Source of the DNA: Minutocellus sp. GHC0000111
Lineage: Eukaryota
Length of the DNA stretch: 64,000 bases
Reading direction: 5' to 3'
Assembly (NCBI GenBank): GCA_977018835.1
Contig: OZ361257.1
Coordinates: forward strand, 1,984,001-2,048,000
Part shown: positions 47,601 through 59,565 of the stretch, piece after piece
How the letters are laid out: every line of letters starts with the position of its first letter
Position numbering within the stretch: the stretch's first letter is position 1
The notes under the pieces: generated by a model
Databases searched by the model: none
Told to the model about the DNA's origin: nothing
Seen by the model: the letters and a program-made list of their open reading frames with translations, nothing else
Made by a program: the position numbers and the translations under genes

Positions 47601-48998
47601 TGACCACGGCCTTGCTGTCTTGGGCCTCCACGCCCAGGGCCACCTCTTCTTCCGGCGTTATTGCAGGGAGTATTCTGCGGGTGAATGCGGCCACAGAAAC
47701 GGCAAGCACCGCGGTTGTTATGTAGTGCACTTGTCCTCGGGAACGCCGAGTCGGATTTCTCGTTCCCGTTCGAGTTGGAAATGATCTATGTGATGCTGTA
47801 TGTGCATAGGGTTGGAGGCGGTAGCATTGAGAAAGCGGTCAAATTGTTGAACTTCAGATTCATAAAATCTAGTATCAACTTGCTTCGCCCCCCTATATAA
47901 TCGTCTAAAGCGCTGTATCATTATTGTGATCTTCTCACCTGGTCGTTGTTTGAACGCCCTGTATCGCTGGATGGTCTTCTCCCGCTGCTGGGGATGAAGG
48001 TTGTCAAACCTCTTCCCCATGTAGTTGAGGAGGTCGCTTGCGGTACTGTAGTCCTCGGCGAGGGATTGAAGGTAAGAATCGAGTTTGAAATAGATAATTT
48101 GGTAAGCTGCGCGATCAGATGTATCATCAACAGTATGAATCTTCGGGTAGTCTTTGAGTATATGGGCTGTGCTGTCGCCCACAAGAAAACAAAGGTGGAG
48201 TCTCTTTACCCACTGTTGGTATTGGTATCTCATCTTGCCGGGGCTGGTCTGTACGTACTGGAGGACCGGTACCTGTACATTTCGGCAGCTCTTGAACAGG
48301 GCACTTAACAAATGCGATGATTCATAATTCAACTTACTCTGCTTCGTCCTCCTCTTGGAACTAGAGCTGGAGACATTGACGATGGGTGTAGTGTCCCCAT
48401 CATCACCATCCTCGTCGGACGATTGACTGCTACTGGTGTTGCTGTTGTCGTCCGATGACTGATCGCTTTCGTTGCTACTGCTGCTGGAAGATTCATCGTC
48501 ACCTCCACCATTTCCTGATGATCTCGTCGTACTGGCATGATTGGCGTGGGCGTTATCCATGCGCACGATAAAATCTTGAGCTGGCTGTAGCCTAGTTTGG
48601 ACTCGAGTTGGGTTGAGCAGGGTTGCAGCGTCCTGCTCCACCTGAGCGATACCCTCTCGAATTCGTTCAACGTCGAGTCGAACAAACTCGTTGGTCTCGT
48701 CGAGATCAGGGTTGTTGAGCCTTTGATCGACCCTGTTGGACCACTCGACGAGGTTGGTCGCTCGGAGGAGTAAAGCATCCTCCTCCCTCGTGTCCTCGAC
48801 GGTCTCGTCGGCTGCCCGCTGCTCGTCAGTCGCCGGTATTTCACCGTCTCGATGAGAAGACGTTGTGCTACTATTGCTGTTGCCCGTTGCAGCTGTGACG
48901 TTGGCCTGGCGTTGTCCAGTCGACTGTAGCGGCGGTCCATCGTCTCCGTCTGAGCTACTGTCGTCTCGGACGTGTAGGATGGTGGAATATGCAGCCAT
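44544..48998 (-). CDS. Copia Gag (capsid-like helices, zinc knuckle, RGG box) and long accessory extension, in frameshifted pieces
   Basis: YQQWVKRL...LLNYMGKRF...FKQRPGEKI resembles copia Gag. My translation of 47520-47715 gives CRFCGRIHPQNTPC then RGGPGRGG..RGGRGR, in frame with ORF 46460..47521. Confidence 0.7.
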
Positions 48999-49097
48999 TT
49001 GGTGGCTGTAGGTACTCAGAGATTCGTCGTCGTCAGCATCGGTGGCAATGCCGGTAGTTGTGTACCCATCGCAGATGGAAGGTGATGAGGACGAACG

Positions 49098-51348
49098 TCA
49101 TCTGTGAGACATTGGCAAGAACGATCTGCAGGCTTTCAGATCTCGATCGATGCCATGGTAGAAATCCTCGCATTTCTGAAGTTCGTTTCGAACGGCATAT
49201 CTCCAATCAGCGCTGGAGTCGCTGAGATAGGATTCGTCTGATAGGTAGGACGAGTACGATGAATCCTCGCTCGAGATACTGCCGTCACTGAAGTAGCCTC
49301 TTGAGTCGTTACTAGATCCAAACGACGCCACGGTTGAAGGTACTGTTGGTGCTACGGCTGCTCCTACTTCCGGTGAGCTGGTGCTACGTTGAAGGTCAGT
49401 TTCGACGGGCATGACGACATTGTCCTTCCAATTCAAAGGATCTCGATGCACCTCTACCCATCCACCAAGGTGGTACGTTGCTTGGATGCCGGTATCCCAA
49501 TCCGCCGACGACACTGATAAGGATGGTGGTTCCGTAAGGTCGTCGTCCTCCATGGACACAGCGTTGACCTGGCCTCGGCATAGGTTCAGGTGCCGCTCGT
49601 TCGACAGATGCTTGGCGTATTCAATCGCTCGGGCCAGCCTCGGCGTCGATAACGGCTGTCGATGGTCGAGGCTGACGTTGGGGATTGGTCCATATCGATC
49701 GTTCACATCATTCAGAGCATGGCCGATGAAGTGTACGTCATGCTCGGATGGTGATCCGTATAGTGGCCTGTAGATCGATGGTTGCTGAGCGAGGAACTGC
49801 ACCGTTTTGTTGAATTGAGGCCTGTCGAGGGGAGGAACAGCTGGGCTTGGACGAGAGTGGCATAGTCCAATCGGCATAGCTGGTGGAATTGTACCAATAG
49901 GCAGAGAGTGACGTTGAAAACGACGTAGGTTCAGATCCTTTGGCTTTAGATCTACATGTAGAGTCGATGGCTGATCCTCGGCAGATCTGCTCGTACATAC
50001 TCGTAGTTGATGGTCGACTTGCTTGTTGAGGACTTGTTGGAAGTGAGTCCAATTCCACATCCTCTAGACACCGGGGAGGACATGCAGGATGGACTAAACT
50101 TTTCGCATCGTGTGATGAAGCCACTGAAGCTGCCATGGCGGCATGTTTCTGCGAACTTTCGATGCGCTCAAAAGTAGGCTTATCATGCACATCGCCGAAG
50201 GCAGAAATCGGATGCAAGACCTCGTTCGCGGTGCATGTGAGCCCTGCAGCACCTGAGGGTGGTCCCATATCCAAGTACTGGGACGTTGCATCGTTGGTAT
50301 GTGTATTATTTCGTTCATTTTTGTATATGTTTTTGTATGACGACAAATCGGTATTGGTTAGATCTATGGTTGGCAGTTTGTATTGTATATAATCCTTCGG
50401 GTTGAATTCTACATTATAGTATGCTTTACTTACGTCAGTGGTAACGATGCGTGAATCTTCGAAGGAGGAGCGGTCGCCTTGACGGACGGTGGCTCAACTC
50501 CTGTCGGATGCAAGGGAGAGACGACGATCGGCGGTCGAATATGCATCGGCTACTTTCGACCTGCCAAAGGTTGCAGCTATTGCACTACGTAGCTGCTCGA
50601 CTCCCCGCTTGACGGCGGCACTTGGTGCACGGAAGGCCGCCATGAAACAGCGTGTCGGAGCGGCATCGCCCCGATTGACAAGGTCTGGGACGATGGCGGC
50701 AGAGATATCCTGCTCGCCGATGACGATGGTCGACGAGCCGACGATCGACTCTTTGGTAGGGACGATCTGGTCGTGTGAATTTAATGAAGTTTGGGACGTT
50801 TCGTTAGTGGGAGTATCGCGATAATTCATTCTGTGTGGGTTAGATATAAATGTAGGCCATTTACTCACCGTCGAGCTGGACATCTTCCTCGCTGCTTTGG
50901 CGGTGCTGCTCGGCGGGACGACGACGGTGGATACGGTGGCATTCTCGTTCTTCACCTGTTGTAGGAGCTCCTTCTCTTCCTCGGTGAGTTTCATATCCCT
51001 TACCTTGCCATCTGTCTTGGCCTTCCTGGCGCGACGACGACGGCCTATTTTGTCATCGTCTGGTGGATCTTTCTTCTTCTTTTTCTTCTTCCCATAAAAA
51101 TTGTCTCCGGAGATACGGGTAGTATTCTTTGCAGCGCTCTGACTGCTGAGGAGGTCGTGAACGTTGGCACGACCATCGGGATCGATGTCGAGTAGAAGAC
51201 GCTCGACTTCTTTGATGTGCCAGGGATTTTTGTTTGGATTTTTCTTTGCTTCGTCAAAGGCGGCGAAGACTTGTTCGAGGGTAGCATTATCGGGTAGGCC
51301 CAAAAGGGCATGGATCGTTGTAATATTTTCCTTCGGAGTGGAAACCAT
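49098..51348 (-). CDS. Pre-Gag ORF fragments of unknown function inside the retrotransposon
   Basis: Three abutting same-strand ORFs (284, 202 and 320 aa). The first begins at an ATG straddling the LTR/PBS boundary and has basic NLS-like runs. Confidence 0.5.
51334..51347 (-). other. Primer-binding site TGGTTTCCACTCCG
   Basis: Begins TGG (complement of tRNA CCA) directly after the 5' LTR; priming tRNA not identified. Confidence 0.8.
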
Positions 51349-51971
51349 TATATTTTCTCGGTAGTATATCTAGCTTATGTGGCCACAAAAGGTTGACATA
51401 GTTGTGCAATTGTTCTTACTTTAGTTGTGCGTTCTGTTGAAGAAAGCATGAAAAGAAAAGCAGTGAAAAGCATGCTGCATCGCGAGGTTCGCCGAGCGAT
51501 GTAGGCCGAAGCTTTGGTGTTCGGTTCGCCGATTTGGGAACCCAGGAAAGACATTGGTTTACTTAGAGTCTGACGCTTGGTGCGTCATAGATCTATGTCT
51601 TTTTATCCGCCTCGTTAGCAAGCTCCATTCTCATGTTTCTCTAGTGTGCTGGTTCTGTGCTGAGTGTGTGAGCTTTGAGGGCCCTCAAACTGTTCTCGAG
51701 CATGTCATAAAATCCCTACGGCAATCAGGGCTCGTGTGCAGGACATATCTCAGACTAGCTGGGGCAGTTAATAATAAGTGTATAAACCTTGGTTGTGCAG
51801 GAATGGCTCTATCAGGCTCTAACGACGATGAATTTGTAGGCCGAAGGCCGAAGGTGTATCTCGCGGTGCGAACCATACACCTCCGGGTGTCTCCTTTATG
51901 GTCCGGGTCCCTCGGATGGGGTTTTAGTCAAATGAGTCACGTGAACAATGTCGAGATCCGAGATCACAACA
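51348..51971 (-). repeat. 5' LTR (624 bp, TGTTG...ATAA)
   Basis: Direct repeat of 38597-39236; the terminal CA is replaced by AA. Confidence 0.92.
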
Positions 51972-51976
51972 GGCGA

Positions 51977-52063
51977 GGAGGAGGGGGGCGAAATCACATG
52001 CGAATAGGTAGCCGCAGAAGCAGCCTTGGCCTTGACCGTCTTGCGCCTGCTTTTCTTGCCCAT
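51977..52063 (-). pseudogene. Displaced 5' end (MGKKSRRK...) of the interrupted MYND gene
   Basis: The ORF runs from ATG 52063 into the TSD. Joining across the TSD reaches the MYND frame with one extra base (C6 run). Confidence 0.65.
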
Positions 52064-52499
52064 GGTGCGGATAACACACACCAATTCAAACACGACACTC
52101 ACAAACTTTTGAATAATTGGGGCCGTCGGTCTTGGACGTCGCTTGCCGTATCAATCAAGTGCCGGTGCGAGATGGCAACGAGATTGGGTGTGGCCGACTG
52201 CCGCGATGCCGGTGATTTTTATCGTGGCAAGATTTGAATTCGTATTGCAGGGAAAAACGATGACAAATATGGGAGCTTTTGCCCTAAATTTAAAGAAACC
52301 CGGAGAATGCGCATGATGTGCTCGTTTTTTTCTGTTCTCCAGAACCCCAAAGATGCCAAAGATACGATTGGTCGGTCGTACAAAGCCAAAAGCAAGCAAA
52401 GCAGTACGACCCGAGCAAGCTGCTGATCATCACTTCTCTCTGCATCTCTAAGATTATTTTCTCTGAGATTACTTTCTCTCTGCGATTCAACTAATAACC

Positions 52500-54061
52500 A
52501 TGACCACCACCTACGCTCCCTCCCTGTGCGGACTCCTCGAGTTGCTCCTCCGTCCAGGCCAGCACACCGGCACCCTCACGATGGACAGCATGCAATTCGA
52601 ACTGCCCAAGCTCGGCGTCCCCTCCCGACAATACAAGAGTCTGAAGAAGGCCGATCTGTGCGAGTTCTTGCGCACCACGATCGAATCTTACCTTGTTCGG
52701 CCCGAGCACATCCAGCCCGATACCTACACGAGACTGGCGCAGCTACGACGATATGAGATTGATTGTCTCCTGACCAACTTTGATGACAAGTTCTATCTGG
52801 CCAAGCTCAAGGTGCGGGACTTGAGTGAGGACCGACAACATTGTGCATCTGGAGGAACTCGCCGAACGTCTCCGACCGACCATGGAGGCGGAACGGCAGG
52901 AATTTCTGGACAAGCAGGCCGCGTACATGTATGACGAGGAACACAAGAACAAGAAGCATGTGATTACCGACGAGGAACGGAAGCGGATGGAGGAGAGTCG
53001 CAAGAGAGCGCTCAAGCTCAAGGGGGAGAAGCAGGCGAAGAAGAAGCAGAAACTTGCCGCTGGTGGTACGCCAGCTACTCCCAGTCCATATGCCAAATTT
53101 AGATCCACCCGGGGCAGCGATACCATCAAGTCCACTTTCATCACCAACCAGTGACAGTCCTGCCACTGCCACTGCCCCGGCTATACCTGCAGTTCCATGT
53201 GCTCGATGCGGATTGGATTATGATGATACTTCGCTTTGTATCGTTTGGACCCTCAAGGGCGAGATCCATCGGCAACGCGGATACAACGGACGGGATCACT
53301 TCAGGTATGACTGCTGCAATCGGCTGAATCCCTCCCCGTGCCATGTCGGTCGGCATGTCCGTTCCAGTGGCGGGCGTAGTGGTCATCACGTCAACATGGC
53401 CGTCACGTGCAACTGTGGGAGCAGGGCCACGATCCGACGAACGAAGAAGGAAAACGACAACAAGCATCGGTTGTTCTTCACCTGTTCTGATCGATCGTGC
53501 AACTTTTTCTCGTGGTGCGACGAGGCGTTCAACTTGCCCACCAGACGGTATGCCAAGGCATCCGATGGCGTCGATGAACATCGATATCTTCACGCCAACC
53601 CGTTTGGCGAGAATCTTGTTGGACCGGGCTCATCCCCCGAGTTTCACACCATGTATCAGCGCCGACGAAGGGTCGTGGCGGCCGTTCTGTTACATTCGAT
53701 ACAGCTGCAGGCCGATGGTCATACGGGCTACACTTGCTCGTCGAAACTGTTCGAGAAAATATTTGGGGAGGGTGACTTCGCCTCGCCCAGTCCCAACGAT
53801 CCGTTCGAATGCTGGAGGAATGGCAACATCGAACAGGCCCTCCGTCCCTTGACACCGCAGCAGATTTCGAATCGCTTTGGAGACGTTCAGGGCCAGCCGG
53901 CACCAACAAAGGAGGAGGTGGAGACGATGTTGCTGGAATTCCTGGAGAAGGGAAATGCGACGATTCGTACGACGGTGACGACCGATATCCCCAGCAGCGG
54001 GAACGGCGCAGGCAGGCGATTCGTCAGCTGGTCTGGTCTCGTAACGTATTTTGAGCTGTAG
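52500..54061 (+). CDS. GRF zinc-finger protein, in three frameshifted pieces
   Basis: CNCG...TKKENDNKHRLFFTC...CNFFSWCD (zf-GRF), preceded by a second Cys/His cluster (CARC...H...DCC...CHVGRH). Confidence 0.65.
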
Positions 54062-55205
54062 GCTCGACATGTATTTGTCTTGCTTAGAGTAGCGCCCTCT
54101 ATGTAAGAACGGTCAATGATATTGATGTATTTATTGTCTATTTAGAATCATGCATTCCTCTGTTGAAATCATCGTTTCTCTACAACGCAACTTTGCCATT
54201 GACCTCTTCATCTGAATCGCTATCATCGGAGAAGAAATCGTCGCCGAGACCGAGGGGGTGGCGTTCTGTAATCATTGAAGATAAAGGTACGCTTCGCTTC
54301 CCCTTTGAAAGAGGCCTAGATTCATCTCCTAGTGACGCAGCGTAAGTTTGGTAAGATGATGGATGTGCAAAGCACAAAGGGTGGCAGCGACGGCTGGTCT
54401 GCATGGCGGTGCAGGTTGATTCACCTGTTTGTGGATTTGCCGTGTGTCTTGGTTTCGAGTTGGAAGGGGTTGAAGTTGAGGGGGACATGTAGTAGGTGAA
54501 ATGTTCCCTCCAAAGTTGGCCTGCTCCAGACGGTATGCGGTTGTCGAAATGAGTGTAGGCCATAATGCTAGAATTGTTCTCGCTTTGACCCTGCTTCAGT
54601 TTGTCGATATCTTTGCCGGTCTGCTTCTTGTCATTGCTCAGGCTGACAACCTGGCCATTCGGCGTAGTTTGTGCATGGTCCTCTGGATGGGATGAACTGT
54701 CGGGAATAGCATCGTCGCTGTCGCCTCTTCTGTAAAAAATTCCAGCAACGGCCTCTTTATGGAACCGCGTCTCTTTCTGCTCTTTCTCTATGTCAGTCAT
54801 ATTTTTACGTCGTCGGTTCCTTCAATCGACATCCATGTAATTTCTTTCAATGTTCGATGCTCAACACTTTCCGCGTTGAAAGTAGTCAGTAGTCAGTAAA
54901 GATTGATCAATCTGCCTTGAGCTGTTGTTGCGCAACAGAGAGCGCGGGAGTACTACGCCGCACACTAACCCTACGCCGCACACTAATTCTACACATTAGA
55001 CTTCCGATCTTGCACTGATTGTGCGGCGTGTCTTGTCGCGTCTGTCTTTCAGAAACAGTCGCCGCGGACACGTCAGCGGTTGACTCAGCAGACATTATTT
55101 TATTTCTGAGTCAGGGCCTTCCGGTGCTAGGAATTCCTACGCCATGTGCTCTAAAACAATGCGGCCAGCACCGGTAGGAATCCTAGATCTACATGTGGTA
55201 AATTA

Positions 55206-55588
55206 CAGTCCGTCCCTGATGATAAGCATGTCCATTCTGGGGCAGAGGTCTCAAAATGCTTACCGGCATGTAAAGGCAAAACCTGAGGTCGCCGCGAGTT
55301 CAACCCGGCCTCCCCAGAGAAGCCTCTTCCTCACCACAACGAAGCTTCTCAAAGTTCTCCTTGGAAAGATAGAGCATCCCTGCCAAAGTCCTGGAATCAA
55401 CGACACCGCGTTCCCAGCCCCATTTAAAGAAAAAGGCAACTGAGGGCCTGACTGTTTCGGCTGAAGGCCTGCCATTAGAAAAAAATGCCGGTGAGCATGA
55501 TGCTGTAAAGCTAAGGTCTGCTTGTGCTTGTCAGCAGCTAAAATGCGAGGTCCCAAGCAAGCATGTCAAACATGCTTGCTGTCATCTG
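55206..55588. mobile_element. 383-bp putative non-autonomous element, TA-flanked, CAGTCCGTCCC...CTG
   Basis: Same left terminus as 38290; repeated AAGCATG motifs; 11-bp hairpin near the inferred right end. Confidence 0.55.
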
Positions 55589-56611
55589 TAGCTACATAGC
55601 TAGAGTGCCAGTTACCGCACATGTGCAACGATTTTCTACGTAGACGTTTGTGGGATCGACACAATCAGAAGATGAGGAGCGAAGAAAGTGGGACAGGCGA
55701 AACCAGCCGCAAATAATTGCTCATGGCGCCGTTCAGGTCCACTTCTAAATCCTCTAAACTGCTCGTAGTAACCATGTTCTCGACTCGAATGACGAGCAGA
55801 TAATCCGTCACTATCAGAGCACCTACCAGTCTCAAATGCCGCACATGTGCTGCCTAGTAGATCTGCGCCGCCTTCTGCCATCCCCGCCGTCTATGTGCTG
55901 TTCGTGCTAGCTAGTCTGCTGACTGCACAAGCATAATTTCTCATTAGCTAGAGCCGTTAACATGTGCATAGAGGTCTGTAGGAAATGCGCCGATAAAATG
56001 GAGCCTTGAGCATCAACGAGCCAAGTTCGATGATGTGAAGACTGTGTCGCTGAACGCACCAAAAAAAAAAATGGAGAGCAACAGAGAGCCACAGCCATGC
56101 ACATAACGTCATCGGGCGAGAGGGGCTTTTTGAGCACGCGAGATATCTTTGCGTAATTTATCTGTTCATGCGCAGCAACGAAAGCGCGTTGATTAGGGCA
56201 CCATACATGCAAAGCAAAGTGCGGTGCAACGAAGCATGATGCACATGCACATGTGTTCAAAAAGAAAATATTTGTCTACGATCGAAATAAATGCGTACCT
56301 TTCGAGTTCAGAGGATTTGAAAATGACGTGATGATGACGTATTAGAAACACGACCACACCAGACCAAAAATCCAAGCTCACTTTTTCTAACTCCGAGGAA
56401 TAAATGACGGCCAAGATGGAAGTCGGGGCAAGAACCAAGTTATGGTCACCAACTTCTACATGTAGTCGAGAGATATTGTGCACCAGAACCAATAAATGTA
56501 CATTATGTGATGATTTTTTTCGACATTTGCATTCCTCACCCCGGGAAAAAATACATTTTTGGAAGCACCAAATCAAAATGTAATGAATAGAAATGGACAT
56601 GCTATGATAAG

Positions 56612-59469
56612 TTATAGCAAATCAATGACTCCATCGTCTTCATCATTTTCATCTATGTCGTCCTCAATGTCATCATCTTCGCCGGGAGCATCAATTGGCC
56701 AGAGTGGTTCACCATCCTCTTCAGCTTCTTCCTCGGCAATTTTTGCGAGACCAGCCTTTCCCCGTCTGGTCTCCACAAGATTGTTACCGCCACGACTTCT
56801 CTTGATGTTGTTATATATCACTGGAAGTTTTCCAAATACATTGAGAAAGGCCTCTTTTGATGCGACATTGGCCCATACTTTCATCACAGTCTTGTCAAGA
56901 GCATTCGCATCATTCTTCTGACCGCGATGCTCCTTTTCGACGGCCGACTGCAAAGACATCCAGATGCCGAGATCAAGAACATTTGTCTCGGGCGACCGAG
57001 GAACCTGCTGGATTATCTCAATCTTATATTTGTTTTTGAGGTCCTCGGTGTACTTCTCAACTGCTTCATTGGACCCATGACCGCCGGCATTGTCCATCAT
57101 AAGATGCACAACATCAGACTCCTGAATGTTTTGTGGATCCCACTTCACCCAATGATGTGCGTCTCGAATCGCCTTCCCGACCTCATTCATAGTCTCCAAC
57201 ATCCATTTGGAGTCGCAGCTACAGTCCTTGGTAACCTTATCGCCCCGTTGATACCGCACCCCGAGCTCAAGGTCGTCGATCTCAACCTTCACCTTCTCTC
57301 CATTGCTGTCAGGAGTGTGTCGCTTGAGACTCGAGATCTTTTGATTGTAGCCAACAGAGGCATGCTTGCGACTTTTTGCCTGACCGTCGGATTTATAGTC
57401 CTCGTGTTGAAGTTCCAATCGCTCTGTAACAAACTCAGAAAGGCCGTAGATTTCGGCAATGTGGTCGCAAAGATGGCCGGCGGTCATGTCAGCATTCTCG
57501 TCGTAGCAAATGTCGCGCCAATCTTTGTCATTTTTTAGCGCATCGTTGACCTTAGCATCTGGAGAGAAATTCTGATTACGCGTAAGCTTTTCCACCTTCT
57601 GCTCCCTGGCGACTCTCTTGATCATGATGCGCCCATTGAAATCAACGTCTTTGGTTTCATCCTTCATTGGTCGGCCAACAACTCCAAGACACATAAAACT
57701 TTGACAGGGTGTCTTCTGGATCGAATTTTCGGGCTTGCCTCGGAAGCATGGATAGACGCGAGGTTCGGACCACTTTGTTCTTCGTCAGAAAGTGGCAACA
57801 TCTTGATCTTTCGTCGCCGAGTAGCAGTGTAAAACCACTTTTCATCAAGATGCGCTACAGGAATGTTGGGATCGGTCGTAATGTCCTCCCACTTTTCGAT
57901 CCAATCAAGTCGCTTCCTACAATGTTCGGGGGGGTGAGCCTCGGCTTCTCGATCGACGACTTCTCCTTGCCGCCTTGCTTTTTCCACCAGCGAAAAAGCT
58001 GAAGACGATGGAGACTAATTGTCAGCCTATCTTCATCTGGAGTAGCTGATTTTGCGCTCATACAGTCAGCTAGCTCCTCAAAGGTTGCCATCGCACCCTT
58101 CATCCGAGCAGCATGCCGACACAGCTCGCGGAGACATCCTGGCTCCTTCTCCTCGATCATGTCCGTGCATGCCTTCCTTCCACGAACCTCCTTCCTGCCG
58201 ATGGGATTGCTGATGCCATCAGTGAGGCTTTTGTAGAGCTGGTCTCTCCACTTGTAAAGCTGAGAACCACCGGTTGACTTGGCATAACCGTGATCGTGTG
58301 CAACTTGCCGAGACACGCGGCAGTTGCAATTTGTTGCCGGTCTTCATACGTGCGAGTTGGGTCGCCGCATCCCCACCAATCCGCGAGAGCCACGGCGCTG
58401 AACCGCATTCTTTCATTCGCCTGCTTTTCTTTTCTGATTGGTGTTGGTTCGGTGACGGTTGCATTGGGACGAGGAGGACGGAGCATGTCATCGTTGGCCA
58501 TCCGAACAACAAAGTCGAGGCCGAGAGCGACCTTTACCTGTTCATCAATGTCACTGGAGGTGGCACAGACAACGGAAGTATCGGCTCCTCCTAAACCTTC
58601 ATCATTGGGGGAGGCTGCAGCTGCTTCAGTGGCGGAAGTATCACCAGTTCCCTTCAGCATGCTGAGGAGACTTGCTGGCATCCAACCCAGTTTCTTGGCC
58701 TCGTCGACTAGTGATTTTGCTCTTGCTTCGCAATGCGCTGACTGTGCCTCCTTTCTGTGAGCTGACAACCTCTCACCTAGCTTAGTAGCTAAGACAGTCG
58801 AGCGCCCAGAGAACAGAACTTCATCGGGATTTCTTTTCTCGTGCACCTTCTGTCCCTCCGGTCCAGAGAATTTCGGGTGGTTGTCCTCCTTCTTTTTACG
58901 CAACCTGTGAGCACAAACATGAAGCGCCCTGCGTCTTGTCTTCCCTCTCGGCCGACACGTCGACAAGTGCAACTTCAAACTACAATGCTCCTTGAGATGT
59001 TGCTGCATATCCTTCCATTTTTCCTTGTTGTGCTGTAGCTCATACTTTCCTCCACCGACGGACTTGGAACGCAACAAGTCGGCCTCGATGAAAGCAGGGA
59101 GGACGTCTTCCCATTTCTGCCGAGAACCAACACAAATGTCATCTTTGCCGCAGGAATCGGGGGTTACTCTCCACCACAGATCCTTACCAGCCCTTCGAAT
59201 GACATCTGCTGCAAGGAGAAAGGCCGTGGGGATAGGAGGAGGGGCCGTCCTCTTCTTCGCCGACGACGGTGACGGTTTGGCGGGCCGGGCGAATTTGACC
59301 GTGGCCGCTTCTTCGACGTGTTTGCGCTCGGCGATGGTGTTTTCGGCTCAGCTGCCGCCTTTGCCGCCTTCCTGGATGCCTTGGTGTTGCCTCTCTTGCT
59401 CCCTGAGAACGAAGTTCTGCTGCGTTTGTATTTTTTGGGCTTGGTCTGGTTGGTCGTCGTCATCGTCAC
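56612..59469 (-). mobile_element. Tc1/mariner-superfamily DD39D transposase, multiply frameshifted
   Basis: HLDEKWFY, then MMDNAGGH followed 39 residues later by the D of PRSPETNVLDLG. An AT-hook-like RRRGRP lies near the N-terminus. TIRs not found. Confidence 0.85.
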
Positions 59470-59565
59470 AAAATTTGCGGGTTGCGGTGGACCAAAAAAT
59501 ACATGTGTTCCTGCCAGAATCTACTGGACCTGCGAATTCAGTGGATACTACTGGTCGGTGGCAAC

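Larger units (their letters stand above)
38597..51971 (-). mobile_element. Full-length Ty1/copia LTR retrotransposon (13,375 bp), frameshifted
   Basis: Two LTRs, 5-bp TSD GGCGA at 38592-38596 and 51972-51976, PBS, PPT, and the copia domain order Gag-PR-IN-RT-RH. Confidence 0.95.

Noticed and set aside
47548..47730. 60-aa ORF as a separate inserted gene
   Set aside because: The alternative frame encodes the Gag zinc knuckle and RGG box, continuous with the downstream ORF.
54100..56600. Fanzor/TnpB nuclease next to the mariner transposase
   Set aside because: No RuvC or zinc-ribbon motifs in any ORF; the 206-aa ORF 54180..54800 has no recognisable domain.
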